From Cystobasidiomycetes sp. EMM_F5 (lineage: Eukaryota), in contig JBPGPT010000029.1 of NCBI GenBank assembly GCA_051047955.1, forward strand, positions 62,001 through 126,000: DNA of 64,000 bases, given 5' to 3'. Under the pieces are notes generated by a model. The model was not told where the DNA came from. It saw nothing but the letters and a program-made list of their open reading frames with translations, and did no database searches. Both the position numbers and the translations under genes were made by a program. This document shows positions 25,026 to 37,520 of the stretch, piece by piece; position 1 is the first letter of the stretch, and the number at the start of each line of letters is the position of its first letter.

Positions 25026-26210
25026 ATGCAGTCCAATCCAGAAATGAACCCGTTTGAGCAGTCGATGGCAAGCAGGAAGCGTGGAGCAGACGACGACGGG
25101 GCAGACATGATGCAGCAAGATTCGCAAGAGGTATCCTTGACCCAGCAGACAGTCCATGGAACGGCAGCCATGCCCGTTTTGAAGAGGCGGATGGTGAGCT
25201 GAAGCGACAACAACTGCCAGTGTGTAAAGACTGACGAGATGTTTTCAATAATGGCCTGGTCTAGACGGATGCTGATGCCGCCGCTGCCGGAGTTATGAAT
25301 GGCAGTAATGGACAGGCAGACATGCACTCGTTTGGTACGCCAAACTCGATGGACTATGCAAACAGGCCTTAATTGAGACTGATGACCATCTCATCCTCAT
25401 TTTCCCTCTGGATTCATTTCCAACAGACAATCTACCTCACCACCCTTCCCACACCCTGTCCTTGTACAACGCCTATCCAAACGATCCAAATCACAGCACA
25501 ACTGTCTCTGGAACCATACCCGTCTTGCCATCTCCATCAGCTACGAACGCGCCCAACGGCATGTCCTTTGACGCGATTGGCAACGACAGACTCAAGTGAG
25601 CGAGTCCATCCCCGGCTACGTCATTCCGCTGACATTGTGACGAAACAGACTGCGACACCTACACATGCCCTCGTATGCCTCATCCTCAGCCAGCGGGAGT
25701 GCCTCGCTGGATTGCTCTGCATTCCCTTCTCCAGCCATTAGTACGCTTTCCCAGAGCGATTCGTACGCTTTTAGCAACGTCGAAGATTCGGCAATGGATT
25801 TGGAGGATATGGCAGATGCGCGCATGTTGAGTATCGGCGATGAGGAACTGGTCGGATACGAGGGTCTCCTCAGCAATCAGATGCATGGTGCCCTGCATCC
25901 GTCTGGATATTTGAACAACGGCACGATGGAGACTTCGGCTACTCGATTGAACGACGGCACGATGGAGACGTCGGCTACTCATCTGAACAACGGCATGATG
26001 GAGACTTCGGCTACACATCCTTCTCCTCACCAGCCGTTTGCCAGTCAGCATCCGATGGCAGGACATGCAATGCATCCGGCAAGCTACGACGCGTACAACG
26101 GGAGCTATGGGCACGACATCGATGATGGTGACATGATGGCTGCCCGATACACAGGACAGGAAGCAGACGTCTACGCCAACAGGCTCGAGGGTATCATGGG
26201 CCACGCCTGA
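25026..26210 (+). CDS. Orphan, probably disordered Met/Ser/Asp-rich protein, 4 exons
   Basis: ATG at 25026 (MQSNPEMNPFEQSMASRKRG...) joins the 25665-26210 ORF in frame through three GT-AG introns. Confidence 0.65.
25911..26018 (+). repeat. 3 x 36-bp coding tandem repeat (LN[N/D]G[T/M]METSAT[R/H])
   Basis: ttgaacaacggcacgatggagacttcggctactcga followed by two near-identical copies. Confidence 0.95.
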
Positions 26211-26958
26211 GGATGCTCAGCCTATGCAAAATGTCGCAAATGCAAGAGCTACGAAGAGTGCAGCTCACACACGCATTTGCGTAAAATTTCAGACATCAGT
26301 ATCTCAAAATCGCAAGTGACTCCCGGTCGTCCTTCACGAAATGAAAATTCAGTACATCGCAAAACGGCAACCTTCGACAATTCGACTCTTCCATCTATCG
26401 GCACTGGCTTCGCTTTGATGAATTTTCGCCATCTTTCTGTTGTGAAGGCACTTTCTGCCGACATGATTACAACTTTTGTTTTCCGTCTTCACCTCCGTCT
26501 TCAATTTTGACGGGCATAATTCTGGTGCAATTCCATCGTATCAAGATACGCAAAATGGCGAACGCCGCGTCATTTCTGTCAGACTGCTACATTCGCCGAG
26601 ATTCGGGTTGTGTATCATCGGAATCTCTTCGCAATCTCCGCAAAAGAGGTACTAGTACCTTCGCTCCATACGCAATTTTAGCAGTGCATACACTGTAGCG
26701 AGTTCTTTGTGTACATCAGACATGCCTCATAGCAGAGCAAAGAAAACATCTCTGTCTTTGTCTGCGAATTGACCGAAAAGCTCTGCATGGTCGTTGTTTT
26801 TGTTTGCTGCTTTCTTGGGAATAACAATACATGGCATCATCTGCCAAAGGCAAACAGCGAGCACAGCATGACGATGTCTATGCGAATGATGCTGAATGGG
26901 AGACTGACGAGATCCTGCAGCGACTTGGACGCGGCGACAGCTTGTGCGTTGCTCAAAC

Positions 26959-29900
26959 ATGGCACATTCAAACAAGCTGAGGCGGATTGATGGTTTCAGG
27001 TCTTCAAGCTGCGCCTGGTGTTCTGTCACTGGACTCGTAGCGACTCCCGCTCCTCCACAGGCACTTTCAGGCAGTTTGAGCGATGTAAATGCATCGTCGG
27101 CTTCAATATCCCCGGCCATATCGATATCGCTGCCATTTGCAGCGTCTCCCAACAGACCTTCAAGCTCATCTACCTCGACGCAAACGAGAAGCTTCACGCT
27201 GCAGATTCCACCGTCTGGATCCCCGAGACCGCCAGGTCGCGAATACATCCAGAAGTTGAGCTTCTCGCCAGATGGGGAACTGCTGATTGCCGTTACGGGG
27301 TATCAAATCGCGTCTGATGAGGATTTTGCATCGCAAGTCTCGTCGGCGTTTCCTTCGTCTTTGCCGGCACAGATCAATAACGTAGGCTTGCGAATCGTAA
27401 CGTTCCAGCAGCAGGACTGCGTAAATGAGTGGATTTCGATACACGACTGGGAACTAGGCAAGGCTCGGCTATCTCAGGCATTCGCTGTTGGCAAGCAGAC
27501 ACTGTCTGAACCCCTTGCGTCAAGCATCGTTGCTTTGCGGTGGTTCGGCGAACGCTTCATCGAGCCTCTGACAGAGCCCGAAGCTGTCAAGCCTGAAGCT
27601 GGCGTGACCACGTCCGAAAGCGGGCACCGTCCAGATATATACGGTGCATACGGCGGACAGAGCCTTATAGCTATATTCAATACAGCCGAGGTGAGCCGAT
27701 GCCAGAGTTGGAAAGCATGCAGTGACAAACATTGACATACTGCCTCATGCAGTGCATGTTATTTCACGGTCCGCCTGGCGGTATACCCGTCATAATGATC
27801 ACCTCACTGACAGATCCGTCGAGCACGCCAATAGACATTTCCTTCATTGGATCAAGCCTAGCGCCGTACCCTACTGCGACAATGCCAAATATCCTAGACG
27901 CAAATGGTAACTTCGTCGCAGCTGCGCCTCTGGTACCTCCAATCTCAAGCTACCCCGAGCACACCGTCTCACACGCGGCAGTCTCCATAGCCCACAATGT
28001 TGATGGGCTCGAAGCAAAAAGCCGTGTGCTGGTCGCATACACTAGTCGTACCATTCCCAAGGTTACCGGTGGTGATCAGAAACCCTCTGATTCCCAAGCT
28101 GCTGTGATTCCCTCGATAGATCTGTACGGAATTGTAGCTTTTCCGGATGTTACTCCTCAAGCCTTGCCAAACGGTCACAACATGCCGCAAGTCAATAATG
28201 CCGGCCTACCCTTGCTGCAAACAAATCTCTCTGACCCAGGAACGCAAAGTGGTCTGTTCCCTTCGGACCTCGGCGCCGCAATTAACAATACACCTGTGAC
28301 TGGTCAAAGGCTATTCCAGAATTCGTATAATGACGACGTCAACATGTCTGCGCTCGATGAATTGTTCAGCTTTGATACTGGAAGTATGGATCAGAATAGC
28401 CTCGGCCTCAGCAATGATATCTTTGGCTTAGAATCGGCTCCTTGGGGAGCATCGGGCATGGCTGCGACAGAACCGAGTGCTTCCGCGTCTGCAATCATGT
28501 CCAACACAATTTCAAACACTAACGATGTGGAGCAGACGGGCAAAACGGAGCACGATAGCCCGGAGAAATCTGCTCATGGCTCGGCTACTGGTAGCAGCCC
28601 TCGCAAGAATTTGACCGGCGCAACAACGGAGGAGGCGGATATGTTGAACGACACACGCCTTGACTCGCAGATCGATGATTCTGCTATTCGTATTTGTGAA
28701 GTGGAAGTCAGCTGGCAGCACTTTGGTCAGTCCGCTCACTTGCTGTCGATGAGCATTGTCTTACGATACCGTGATTACAGTGCTGTCATCCCGAATCGCA
28801 TGCTCCTGCAGTCCGCTTTTGCACCTGCAATTACAGCCTGAAGATGTGTCAAGCAATGCTCCACTCTGCTCCGCCAGCTCACGTATCACTCAATTGATCT
28901 TTGCGCCAGTGTCATCGGCTGACAATACGTCACGATTGCTAGTCGCTATGACATGCGATAATCGGCGAGATCATGGGGAGGCAAAACCGGTAATTCAGTC
29001 GTGGTTGTTGCCATTCGAGCTGGGATATTACCGAGCAGAAATCAGCAAGGCCTTTTCGCCTTTGGACGGCAAGCGGAAAGATGGTGTTGAAGCCAGTCAA
29101 GATGACTTGCCAATGGAATGGAGTCTTCAATTGGATGCAGACAGTATTCTTCGAGCAGGCGAGTTGTTGCGAACGGAATCGCCTGTCAAGCAGGAAGAAA
29201 GTAACCTAGCAAGTCTCGGGGCCACCTCGGCTATTATGCTGGATATTCTGCCGTCACAGATCACTGGACTCTTATACGTGCTTTTGCTTGATCGCCAGCA
29301 ACGAAGAGTGATGACCTCCCTGAATACGTACGTTTCAAGTAGATTGTATCAAGGTTTCACTGACACTTCCTGGCTTTCGACCGAATGTACTCCAGGCAAA
29401 CTATGCAACGACCGACAGACTATGTACAACGAGTCCTCCCGAGTGGGAAAAGTGAGTTTTGTTCAAAACGCGATTCCTGCACAGTTTAGCAGCTGACTGT
29501 GCTGTCAAAGCACCACTGTCATACCTGATGTCACCCGGAGGCTGCTGGTGCCTATGTGTGTCATCACAGACTCATGGTCCTACCGGACTACAAGCTCCAG
29601 CCAAGCCTGCAATCTTTTCGATGTATACCAACGACGACAAGCAGCAAGAAGCAACCATCTCCGTACTGGCAAAACAGCTCGCGCGAGAAGTCGCAACGGG
29701 AAGAAACAGTCTCGATGTGTTGGGAATGGATAGAACGCTGAGCCAAGGTTTGCATGGTTAAGGCTTCGGGACCGTGCGTGTCTGACGTAAATTTTGTTGC
29801 GTTCAGGTCAGCGGCAGCGCCTAATAGCTGAAACCATTCAGCATCTTAGCGAGCCCCAGAGCGATACGAAAGCGATGCCACCACGGCTGTTTCCGGCCTT

Positions 29901-30868
29901 GGCGTCATTACAATCGTACCTATACGAGTGAGGATTATACATGTTAAATTTGGCGTAGGCTGACTTCGTACACAGTGCTTCGGGTAGGACGATAGCGCAA
30001 CAGATTGTCTTCCTGTCTGGGTTCATTCGGCTTTTGCAAGGATCTCTGGTTTTCTCCCGGCCTCACTTCTCGGACAAGCCTGGCAACGTGTCTTTCGATA
30101 TTTCATCGGTCTGGCCGATCATTGGTCATTGCGCTGCCTTGTTCGAGTTGTGGGACAATATGTCGGCAGACATTACGAATGACAGTTTCATGGCTAGTAA
30201 GTCCTGTCTCTTTGAGTCTTGAACATATTTTCGTGCTGACAAAGGTTCCGGCAGCTTGGTCGACGAAAGCTTTCCTCCTCCTTCACCCTGTCCCTCGACA
30301 ATTGCAACAGATTATTATTCAATTCATGTACCGATTCCTCTATTTCATAGGCCTGAATCACATAGAGCCATGGCGGATCACCCTCGATCTACAGTATGCA
30401 AGTGACATCGCAGTCGATCTTTTTTACACCAATCATCGACAAACTGCTGAAGTAGGGAGGCTGCTCAAGCTATTCGGCAGCGAATACGACAAAATTGCGA
30501 AATCAAGCATGGTCAATACAGATTTTGCGAACCTACGCTTGTCAAACGATATCGAGACGGTTGCAACTGAACTGCAAAATGCTTTGCGAGACCTCAATGC
30601 CTCGAGAGATTCTGTAGCACAAGACACTGCGCAAGCTCAGATCAGTCGCTCGACGGCGATTGGCAAACGCAAGCGACGTCTTTCCGCAGCCCACGACATC
30701 GTCACACAAGGACTCATACCGAAAACGCAGAGAGTGGTCAAGGTATGTACTGCATGCGGAGGGGTGTCGGCAAACGATATGCAGGCAGGCGATCGTACAT
30801 CAAGCTGGGAAGCTGCCAGAAGGCTCAGTTGTATCTGTGGACATCCATGGTTTGCGCAAATAGTATAG
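26959..30868 (+). CDS. MED16: Probable Mediator tail subunit Med16/Sin4, multi-exon
   Basis: Beta-propeller-like N-terminus (AWCSVTGLVA, LSFSPDGELLIAV, DCVNEW); C-terminal Zn-finger-like KVCTACGG...W...CICGHPW. Confidence 0.6.
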
Positions 30869-30927
30869 CAGGTACAGTACGCCGCATATCCCTACAGTAG
30901 CAGATCACTAAAGCAAAGTCAGAACAG

Positions 30928-31866
30928 TCAGAGCCGAGGTAAATTTTCTCCTGCAGTATAAGTGGTTGCAACTGCCGCTGGCAGAGAATTGACGGTCGCG
31001 AGAACGATTTGAGTTATTTGGGGATCCGGCATTGCGTTTGGAATGGTTGCCCCAATTGACGAGATTCCTGCTGAGTTGATGACTGTTGAGTCTGTCGCGA
31101 ATGCAACAGCGGCTGATGGAGCAGGTGGAGCTTCTTTGGGGTAGTCCGTTTGATAGACTGAGCCTCCTCCTCCTACTGTTTCGTCAAAGAACGATTCGAC
31201 TGTCATAGCCGATGTTAGGGAAGTAATGACTGTTTATGAGATACATTCAAGCTCACTGTTTCCGCATGCAACTGGTGCACCATTTTCACCGTGCACGACG
31301 ACTGACCGCCCCAGCAAAGAGAATGGCTGAGGGAAAAAGCGCAAGTATGCATCGAGATAGTCGAATACTGGAGCTTGACCACCTGCCACTGGCATGATAC
31401 CGCCGTGCTTGCCGCTGAGATCACCAACCTGACAGTATTGTGGAAGTAGTGGGGAGCACGTCAAGGCAGACGTCACCCTAAGAGGGTCGAGATGACCTAA
31501 AGCCATCTTGCATCGGGCAGCTACACCTTCTTTGCTAGTGTCTGATAGTTTTGGAACCCGGTTTGTGTGTATGTGGTAACTGTATCCTTTAGTGAGTGTA
31601 GTATCGCCGAACCCAGCCAGCTGGTATCCTTTGACTTCCACGCCGGTTGGCGTCCATGTGAAATTCATATAGCCCGTAGGTCCGTCTGCTACACCTTCCA
31701 AATGCACGACGGCTAGAAGACTGGATAGCTTGTCAGTCCAATCTGTGCCGGCCAGAACGAGTCCAGGAAGGGCGGCGCAAAGCGCTACAAGGGAGATTCT
31801 AATTAGACGGATGGGTTTAGTCTGTCAGGTCACGCTCAGCATCTGAGAAACCACACACCGGTGCAT
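30928..31866 (-). CDS. Secreted Cu-only (SOD5-like) superoxide dismutase
   Basis: Signal peptide MHRISLVALCAALPGLVLA after splicing; YHIH, GHLDP, CQVGDLSGKHG, GRSVVVH, ACGN; Ala/Thr/Pro-rich tail. Confidence 0.88.
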
Positions 31867-32612
31867 AGTAGTGCGTGGGTTTCGGTGCGGGGATTGCAAT
31901 GAATGTGAAAGTGTATGTGGTAGAGTGTGGGAGACGGAAAGAGCGTGCTGGGTAGTCCTTACCCGACAATACACGAATGCGTGGCTGCGTCTTGGCACCG
32001 CAGCTGCACCGAACGATCCCTTGTCTTGAGTGCGTCCTCTCCGGAACGTGTGAACTCTTCAGTGCTTTGACACGGGCTTTGCATGACGTTGCCAGTGATG
32101 ATAAAGGTTCCTTCATTGCGGATCCTTTCTGCGGAGAAATCGTTCACAGCGGACTAGCTTAGCAGCCGGCAGGTGTGCACCAGCAAGGTGTGAATGTGAG
32201 AAAATCGTCAGCTCAGACACGCGATGTCAGTGGTCAGTATGCCTGGTCCATCGGGCCGTCATTAGAGGCAAGTTGGGGGGCCAGTCCCTTTAAGTCCAAG
32301 ATGCACAAGATGAAGTCTGGCATCTCCTTACTGATATACTGATTGTGTGACACTACTAATACTGACACTCATCACTGCAGCACTACCGCCTCAAGTTCTC
32401 TACTTTCGCACTCCGTTCACACTCTCGATACAGTCCATCTGCTGACTCCAACGATGTCTCGCTATACATGTATCCTGGCAACCATGAAATCCCTTGGCGC
32501 AGACGTGGACATCGTAAAGCGATGTGGTGGTTTCTGATTCCTGATTTCCAAAACTGCACCTTGACACTTCTCGACATCCCACTCATCCTTGACAATCCAC
32601 GACACATCAAAC

Positions 32613-33538
32613 ATGCTCTCGATTCGCAATACGGTGAGGGACACCCAATACAAACCCCAGTCTATTCGACTAATCCATCCCCTGCTCAGCTCTGTGTCTC
32701 CGGCGTTGTCGTACTGGCTTACTGCAGCCGCGTCGTCCTGTCTGCTCCGACAGATTTGGACACCCAGATCAAGCGTCAAGCAGGCGGGGCATGCGCTCCT
32801 CTCGAACTCTTTCACGCAGCTGGTACTGGTGAGAGTGGGCTGGGCATCGTGGGCAATGCATGGGCTCGTGCACTCCCAGCTGCAGTGTCGGGAGCCACCG
32901 TGACCGCAATCAACTACAACACTGCTGCCGAATAGTTAGTGAAGTTTTCAATGCTTCAGAGAGAATGTGCTCATCCTGTTCTTTCCACCAGCTTCGCTAC
33001 CGTCCGGACTGGAGCTGCAACTGCTGTGTCCGTCATCACCGCGCGAGCTGCTGCGTGTCCAAACACAAAGTTCGTCCTATCCGGCTACTCCAAGGTGGGC
33101 GTCATTTCAATCTGAGTGTGTGTCTTATACGAGCTAAACAGCTTCGCATCGCATACAGGGAGCAATGGTCGTCCATGCCACCAAGCTTTCTGCCAACGTT
33201 CAAAGCAAGATGGTGGCCGTCGTCGTATTTGGCGTACGTCTACACCAGGCTTTCGTTATGCAGTACATGCTGAGAAATATGTCATACCAGGACCCAAACA
33301 AGAAGTTTGGCTCTTTGGCTGTCCCACTCAACAATGCCCAATGTTTCATCAGGTGAGCTGTCTCTATTCGCCAAGCAGACGACTCTCGCTGACATTCTTC
33401 CATACTTCCAGCTTCTGCAACACTGGCGATCAATTCTGCGACACTGTTGGAACGCTGGGCCCACACCTTGCCTACCCTAGAGATGGATCAGTCACAAGGG
33501 GTGCTGCTCAAGTGAAGACTTGCTTTGATGGGCGGTGA
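32613..33538 (+). CDS. Secreted cutinase (CE5), multi-exon
   Basis: CAPLELFHAAGTGE, CPNTKFVLSGYSK|GA, AVVVFG|DP, FCNTGDQFC...PHLAY. Confidence 0.9.
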
Positions 33539-34262
33539 GAGATGGCCGCTGGCACGTAGTAGTAAAGTAAACGATATGAACATTCCTTCTGACGCCCTTT
33601 CATTAGCATTCATCCATCTTTAGCTTCTTCTGTTAGCACCAGCGAGAGGCAGGTCCTCATTCAGCTCGTCAGCATTAGCGCGTCCACATTCAGAGAAAGG
33701 CTTGTACTGCGGGGACTTTACAATGCCACGGCCATGTTGTTAGTCACCAAGTCAGTCTTGAACATTCTCCTAGACTTCGCCGTCTTTCCCAGTTCCGACC
33801 CAACTTGAACTCAGTTAGTGTTCGACAAACGAGGAAGGCTTGCAACTCCGCTGACCGCTGCTTCTAATTCCACGACCTTCAGGCCAGACCGTCATGACTC
33901 CGTATCCGTAAATGTCTTAACGTGCAGCTCCATCGAGTCTTTCATGTTTTGTTGACGAGTGACGCGCGACACTGACGCGGCGAACACACTGACCCTGACG
34001 ACTGACAGCACTGTATCGAGTTATGCAAACCTGGCCAGACATTCCCCAGTGCCGGTCAGACCTGCGACACATTCCTCCTTCGCTGTCAGGCCCCGGTCAA
34101 TCCCTGGAATGTAACATGCCAGATGAACCAATCTCAGGTGAACTTATACACCGCTCTGTTGACAGCTGTGCAAGCCTGCCGTCTCACCAACAGGTTGCCT
34201 TCGACCCGAATTGAGGCTCAAAACTACAACTTTCCCCGATACTTTCACGTTCAACCTCTGCC

Positions 34263-34987
34263 ATGATGCACCTTCACATCTTCGCCCTCCTCGTTGCCTT
34301 GTTCACCCTTGGTACATGCAGCGCAAGCGCTTCACAAGCAAGAACAGATGGCCGGCTAGCTTAACGCGACGATGTTCCTACACCCGTTCCGGCCTCTTCT
34401 CGTGCAGACATTCTTGAGCGAGTCGCTGCTGCCCAAAAGATGCTCATGTCACGAAGGGAGAGACGCGCTGCTCGACCAAAGAGATCTGCACTTCCGTACG
34501 TATACTTTACCACAGTTCGACCGGTAGAGAGCTGACAAGGTCGACGCACAGACCTACATGTGGCTCGTACACCGGATACGCGTTCACCGCGCTGAGCAGC
34601 GGAACGAATGGTGGTGCATCTGCTGGAGGACTCATCGACGGAGGCGCTTTGGACAGCAATTACGAATATATATCCTTTGGAAACACACCAAATACATATC
34701 TTCAACTCACATTGGACTCGCAATGCAGGCTTACCGATGCACAAGGCAGGTTTTTCGGCAATACAGCCAGCGGTGCAGATTATGTCCTTCGCTACTCGAC
34801 CACGTCGAATCCTGCTCCTTTCATCCCGCTGGTCTGTTCTATCGATGCTTCCGCAGTCCTTACCTGCCTCGTTGGGTCCCAATCCCAAGGGGAGAACAAG
34901 TTCATTGCCTATAGTAACGATCTTGCAGTCGTGGCCAATACTCAAGGTTTCAGTCCTATCACTATTACAGTCGTACCTGTAAGCTGA
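34263..34987 (+). CDS. Small secreted protein of unknown family; in-frame TAA at 34362 (possible pseudogene or intron-removed stop)
   Basis: Signal peptide MMHLHIFALLVALFTLGTCSA, basic propeptide RRERRAARPKRSALP, GT-AG intron, then a beta-rich Cys-containing domain ending ITITVVPVS. Confidence 0.65.
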
Positions 34988-35445
34988 ACCACTTCAGTAT
35001 GTGAGAATCCTTCCAAATCGTGCAGATCCCGCTATCGCTAACGGTTTATGTAAAGACTATGGGCGATTTCTTTCGCATTTTTCTGCATGGACAATATCTA
35101 TGGGTCAATTTAGGGATTTTGTCTGCCTGCTATATCTCAATTGAGATAGGCACGGATGGCGTTTGTTTGCCAAATATTAGTTTCGCGGTTTCACAACTTG
35201 GTTCACAATGTCTCTGCATAATTGTCTCGGCGTTCCACTCAGCTTGTAACCACGCAAGACTTGGCACATGGTCTCGCAGCAGAGAATGCGATGCTTCTAA
35301 TGGTACATCAACAGAAGCCACCATTATGGTGTCTGTGTGCTGGCAAAGGCTACATCGTGAAAGGGATAAAGCGGGAGTTCCAACTGAATGCGCCACGATT
35401 ACTAAAGTCGATGCGGTGGGGGTAACTACCGAGCCTTGTCAAGAG

Positions 35446-36232
35446 CTAGAACCGCTCGTAGAAGAGACTCTCGCGGTACTTTGGCTGAGTTTCGCCTTCA
35501 ACCGTCGTGAGAATGTCGTACACCTGGAATAACAAGGTCTCGGTCAGCAATGCGAGCAAGAAGTGACTGACGGCCGCAATGACTGACCTCTGTAGGCGGG
35601 TTCAATCCCCATTGAGCGGCCCTGTTCCATCTCTCCATGCGGGTCATTCCAACTGCCGGACCGTAGCTGTAACGTTGTAACGTAGGTTTAGCCAGGTCTC
35701 CGGATGAGCATGTAATCACACGCACTCTGCATTCAAATCAAAAGTCTTCAAGATCTTCTCTACCGTGTCCTGTCCTTCGGCGTGTACTGAGATTCGTAAA
35801 GTGCCAATTTATCGGTAGATGTTGACGATGATCCGGGATCATTGGTCAGTCAGAGTGAACGCAAATGAAAGGCCTGCACGACCTACGCAAGTCTGCACCG
35901 TCGAGGTTCTCCTTGAGCGTCTCTCGCAGATACTTTGAATACTTTGGCTCGTTCACCCTGAGCCGTCGTAGCTGGTTGCCGTTCTTGTCGACTTCGGTCA
36001 AGCCTGCAACGTCGTCGTCTGCGGCTTTGAGACCACCACCACCATCCTTTGCGATACTCTTGAGAGCTCTCGCAGCTGCCGCCGTCTTTTGCTTCTTGCT
36101 CGCTGCTGGAGCTCCAGTATCCGCTGCTGCCGATAGACCCGCCGCTGCCTTTTTCGACCCGCCCGACACTGACGAGGCTGATCCTGTGCGCTTTATCGTC
36201 TTTGCATTGCTGAGCAGTGTTCCCTTTGCCAT
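35446..36232 (-). CDS. POLD4: DNA polymerase delta subunit 4 (p12/Cdm1)
   Basis: EKILKTFDLNAE|YGPAVGMTRMERWNRAAQWGLNPPTEVYDIL. Confidence 0.88.
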
Positions 36233-36746
36233 ATTGTGCAGGTCTTGTTCTGCAAATATTTTGGAGCGGTCGCAAGAATATCAAACCATGACATCGTGAA
36301 TACCCCCCTGGATGCGGCGACTGACCATTTACAAACGGCGCGCTGAGGCAGACTGCGACTAATGAGAGATTACGACATTGGTCTAGTAAGCTGATGAAGT
36401 AACGAGCTGACCCCCGCTTGAACGGGAGCCGCATCGCTCGATTTCCGGAGAATGACTGACAGGCAGACCATCTGGTCGACCTGGCTCCCTTTAATGTCCT
36501 CAGCACCTGTTAGATTGCTCGTATCTGCTCCGTGGAAGGGTCTTGTGCGGTGTCATTGTGTACCTTCTGCCACAAAGGAACAGAAACGGCAAAAGAGGTC
36601 CTTTTTTGCTGAAAGGGAATTGCGATACGCAGCTCCATCTGTCAGTCGTGTCTTCACTCTACAAACTGCTTTAATCTGCCTCAGCGCAAGTCTTTGGCTC
36701 TCCGCCGCATCTCAAGCTACATACAGTCTCTTTTATCCATCAGATC

Positions 36747-37118
36747 ATGCTGCCGCACCCCATCTTACTCGTGCGCACATTACAATACGCCTTGTGCGGT
36801 CTACTGCTGTGGAATACTTACGCGGCAGCTCGACCTCTCCCTGCTCAGACGACGACGCTGGCCGAGCGTGACATAGAGCACATATACGTCTTGCAAGCGA
36901 CAGTGCCAGTTCTATATCGCAGTCAGTTCAACAACGTCATCCTCTCTGGCAACGTCTTCAAATATACAGACGGCGGGAAGGAAGTGACTGTGACTGGTCC
37001 AACAACAATCCCTATCCAAGGTGATATCTGGACATCGTGGACAACGTCCACTGTAGGGACTTCCACGACGACAATCCATGATGATGAGACGCAAGTCGAA
37101 GCAGTGACTTTTGTGTAG
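36747..37118 (+). CDS. Small secreted Thr-rich protein, 123 aa, paralogue of the next gene
   Basis: Hydrophobic N-terminus, single exon, shared RD...PVLY...G...Y...TG.TT...QG...TSWTTS domain. Confidence 0.75.
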   Translation: MLPHPILLVRTLQYALCGLLLWNTYAAARPLPAQTTTLAERDIEHIYVLQATVPVLYRSQFNNVILSGNVFKYTDGGKEVTVTGPTTIPIQGDIWTSWTTSTVGTSTTTIHDDETQVEAVTFV

Positions 37119-37520
37119 AGCAGAAGATGAACAATTGCCATTGATTTTTATACGTCTGACTAACCATCAGTTTGCCAGCATCGTGCAACGCGTCTGTCAC
37201 TTCCGTCACTGGCGCACGAACGGAGCAGGCCCAACGAAGTGCGCGTGCCCTGGGCGTGAATGTCCTGGATATTGAGTTTTCTGCACCGCCGTAGATCGCG
37301 GCACGGGTCCTGACTCTATCCAGTGACATGGCGCCCCGGGACGGAAGCGAGCTCGTGTTTCTGGCAGCCCGTTGCCCCGTTGCGCCCCTCAACTTGCTCT
37401 CAAACCAGCTTCATCTCCACTCGACGCACTTGCCAACATCAGCTCCGCATTTCAATCATCTGACCCCCCACATACCATTCACTCGCCTCGAACCACTATC
37501 ACTACAACACACTGACAAAC

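Noticed and set aside
25911..26018. 36-bp repeats as a possible CRISPR array
   Set aside because: Head-to-tail with no spacers, in-frame coding, eukaryotic context, no cas genes
26249..26900. Short ORFs between the orphan gene and Med16
   Set aside because: No consistent splice model or motif; treated as UTR or intergenic
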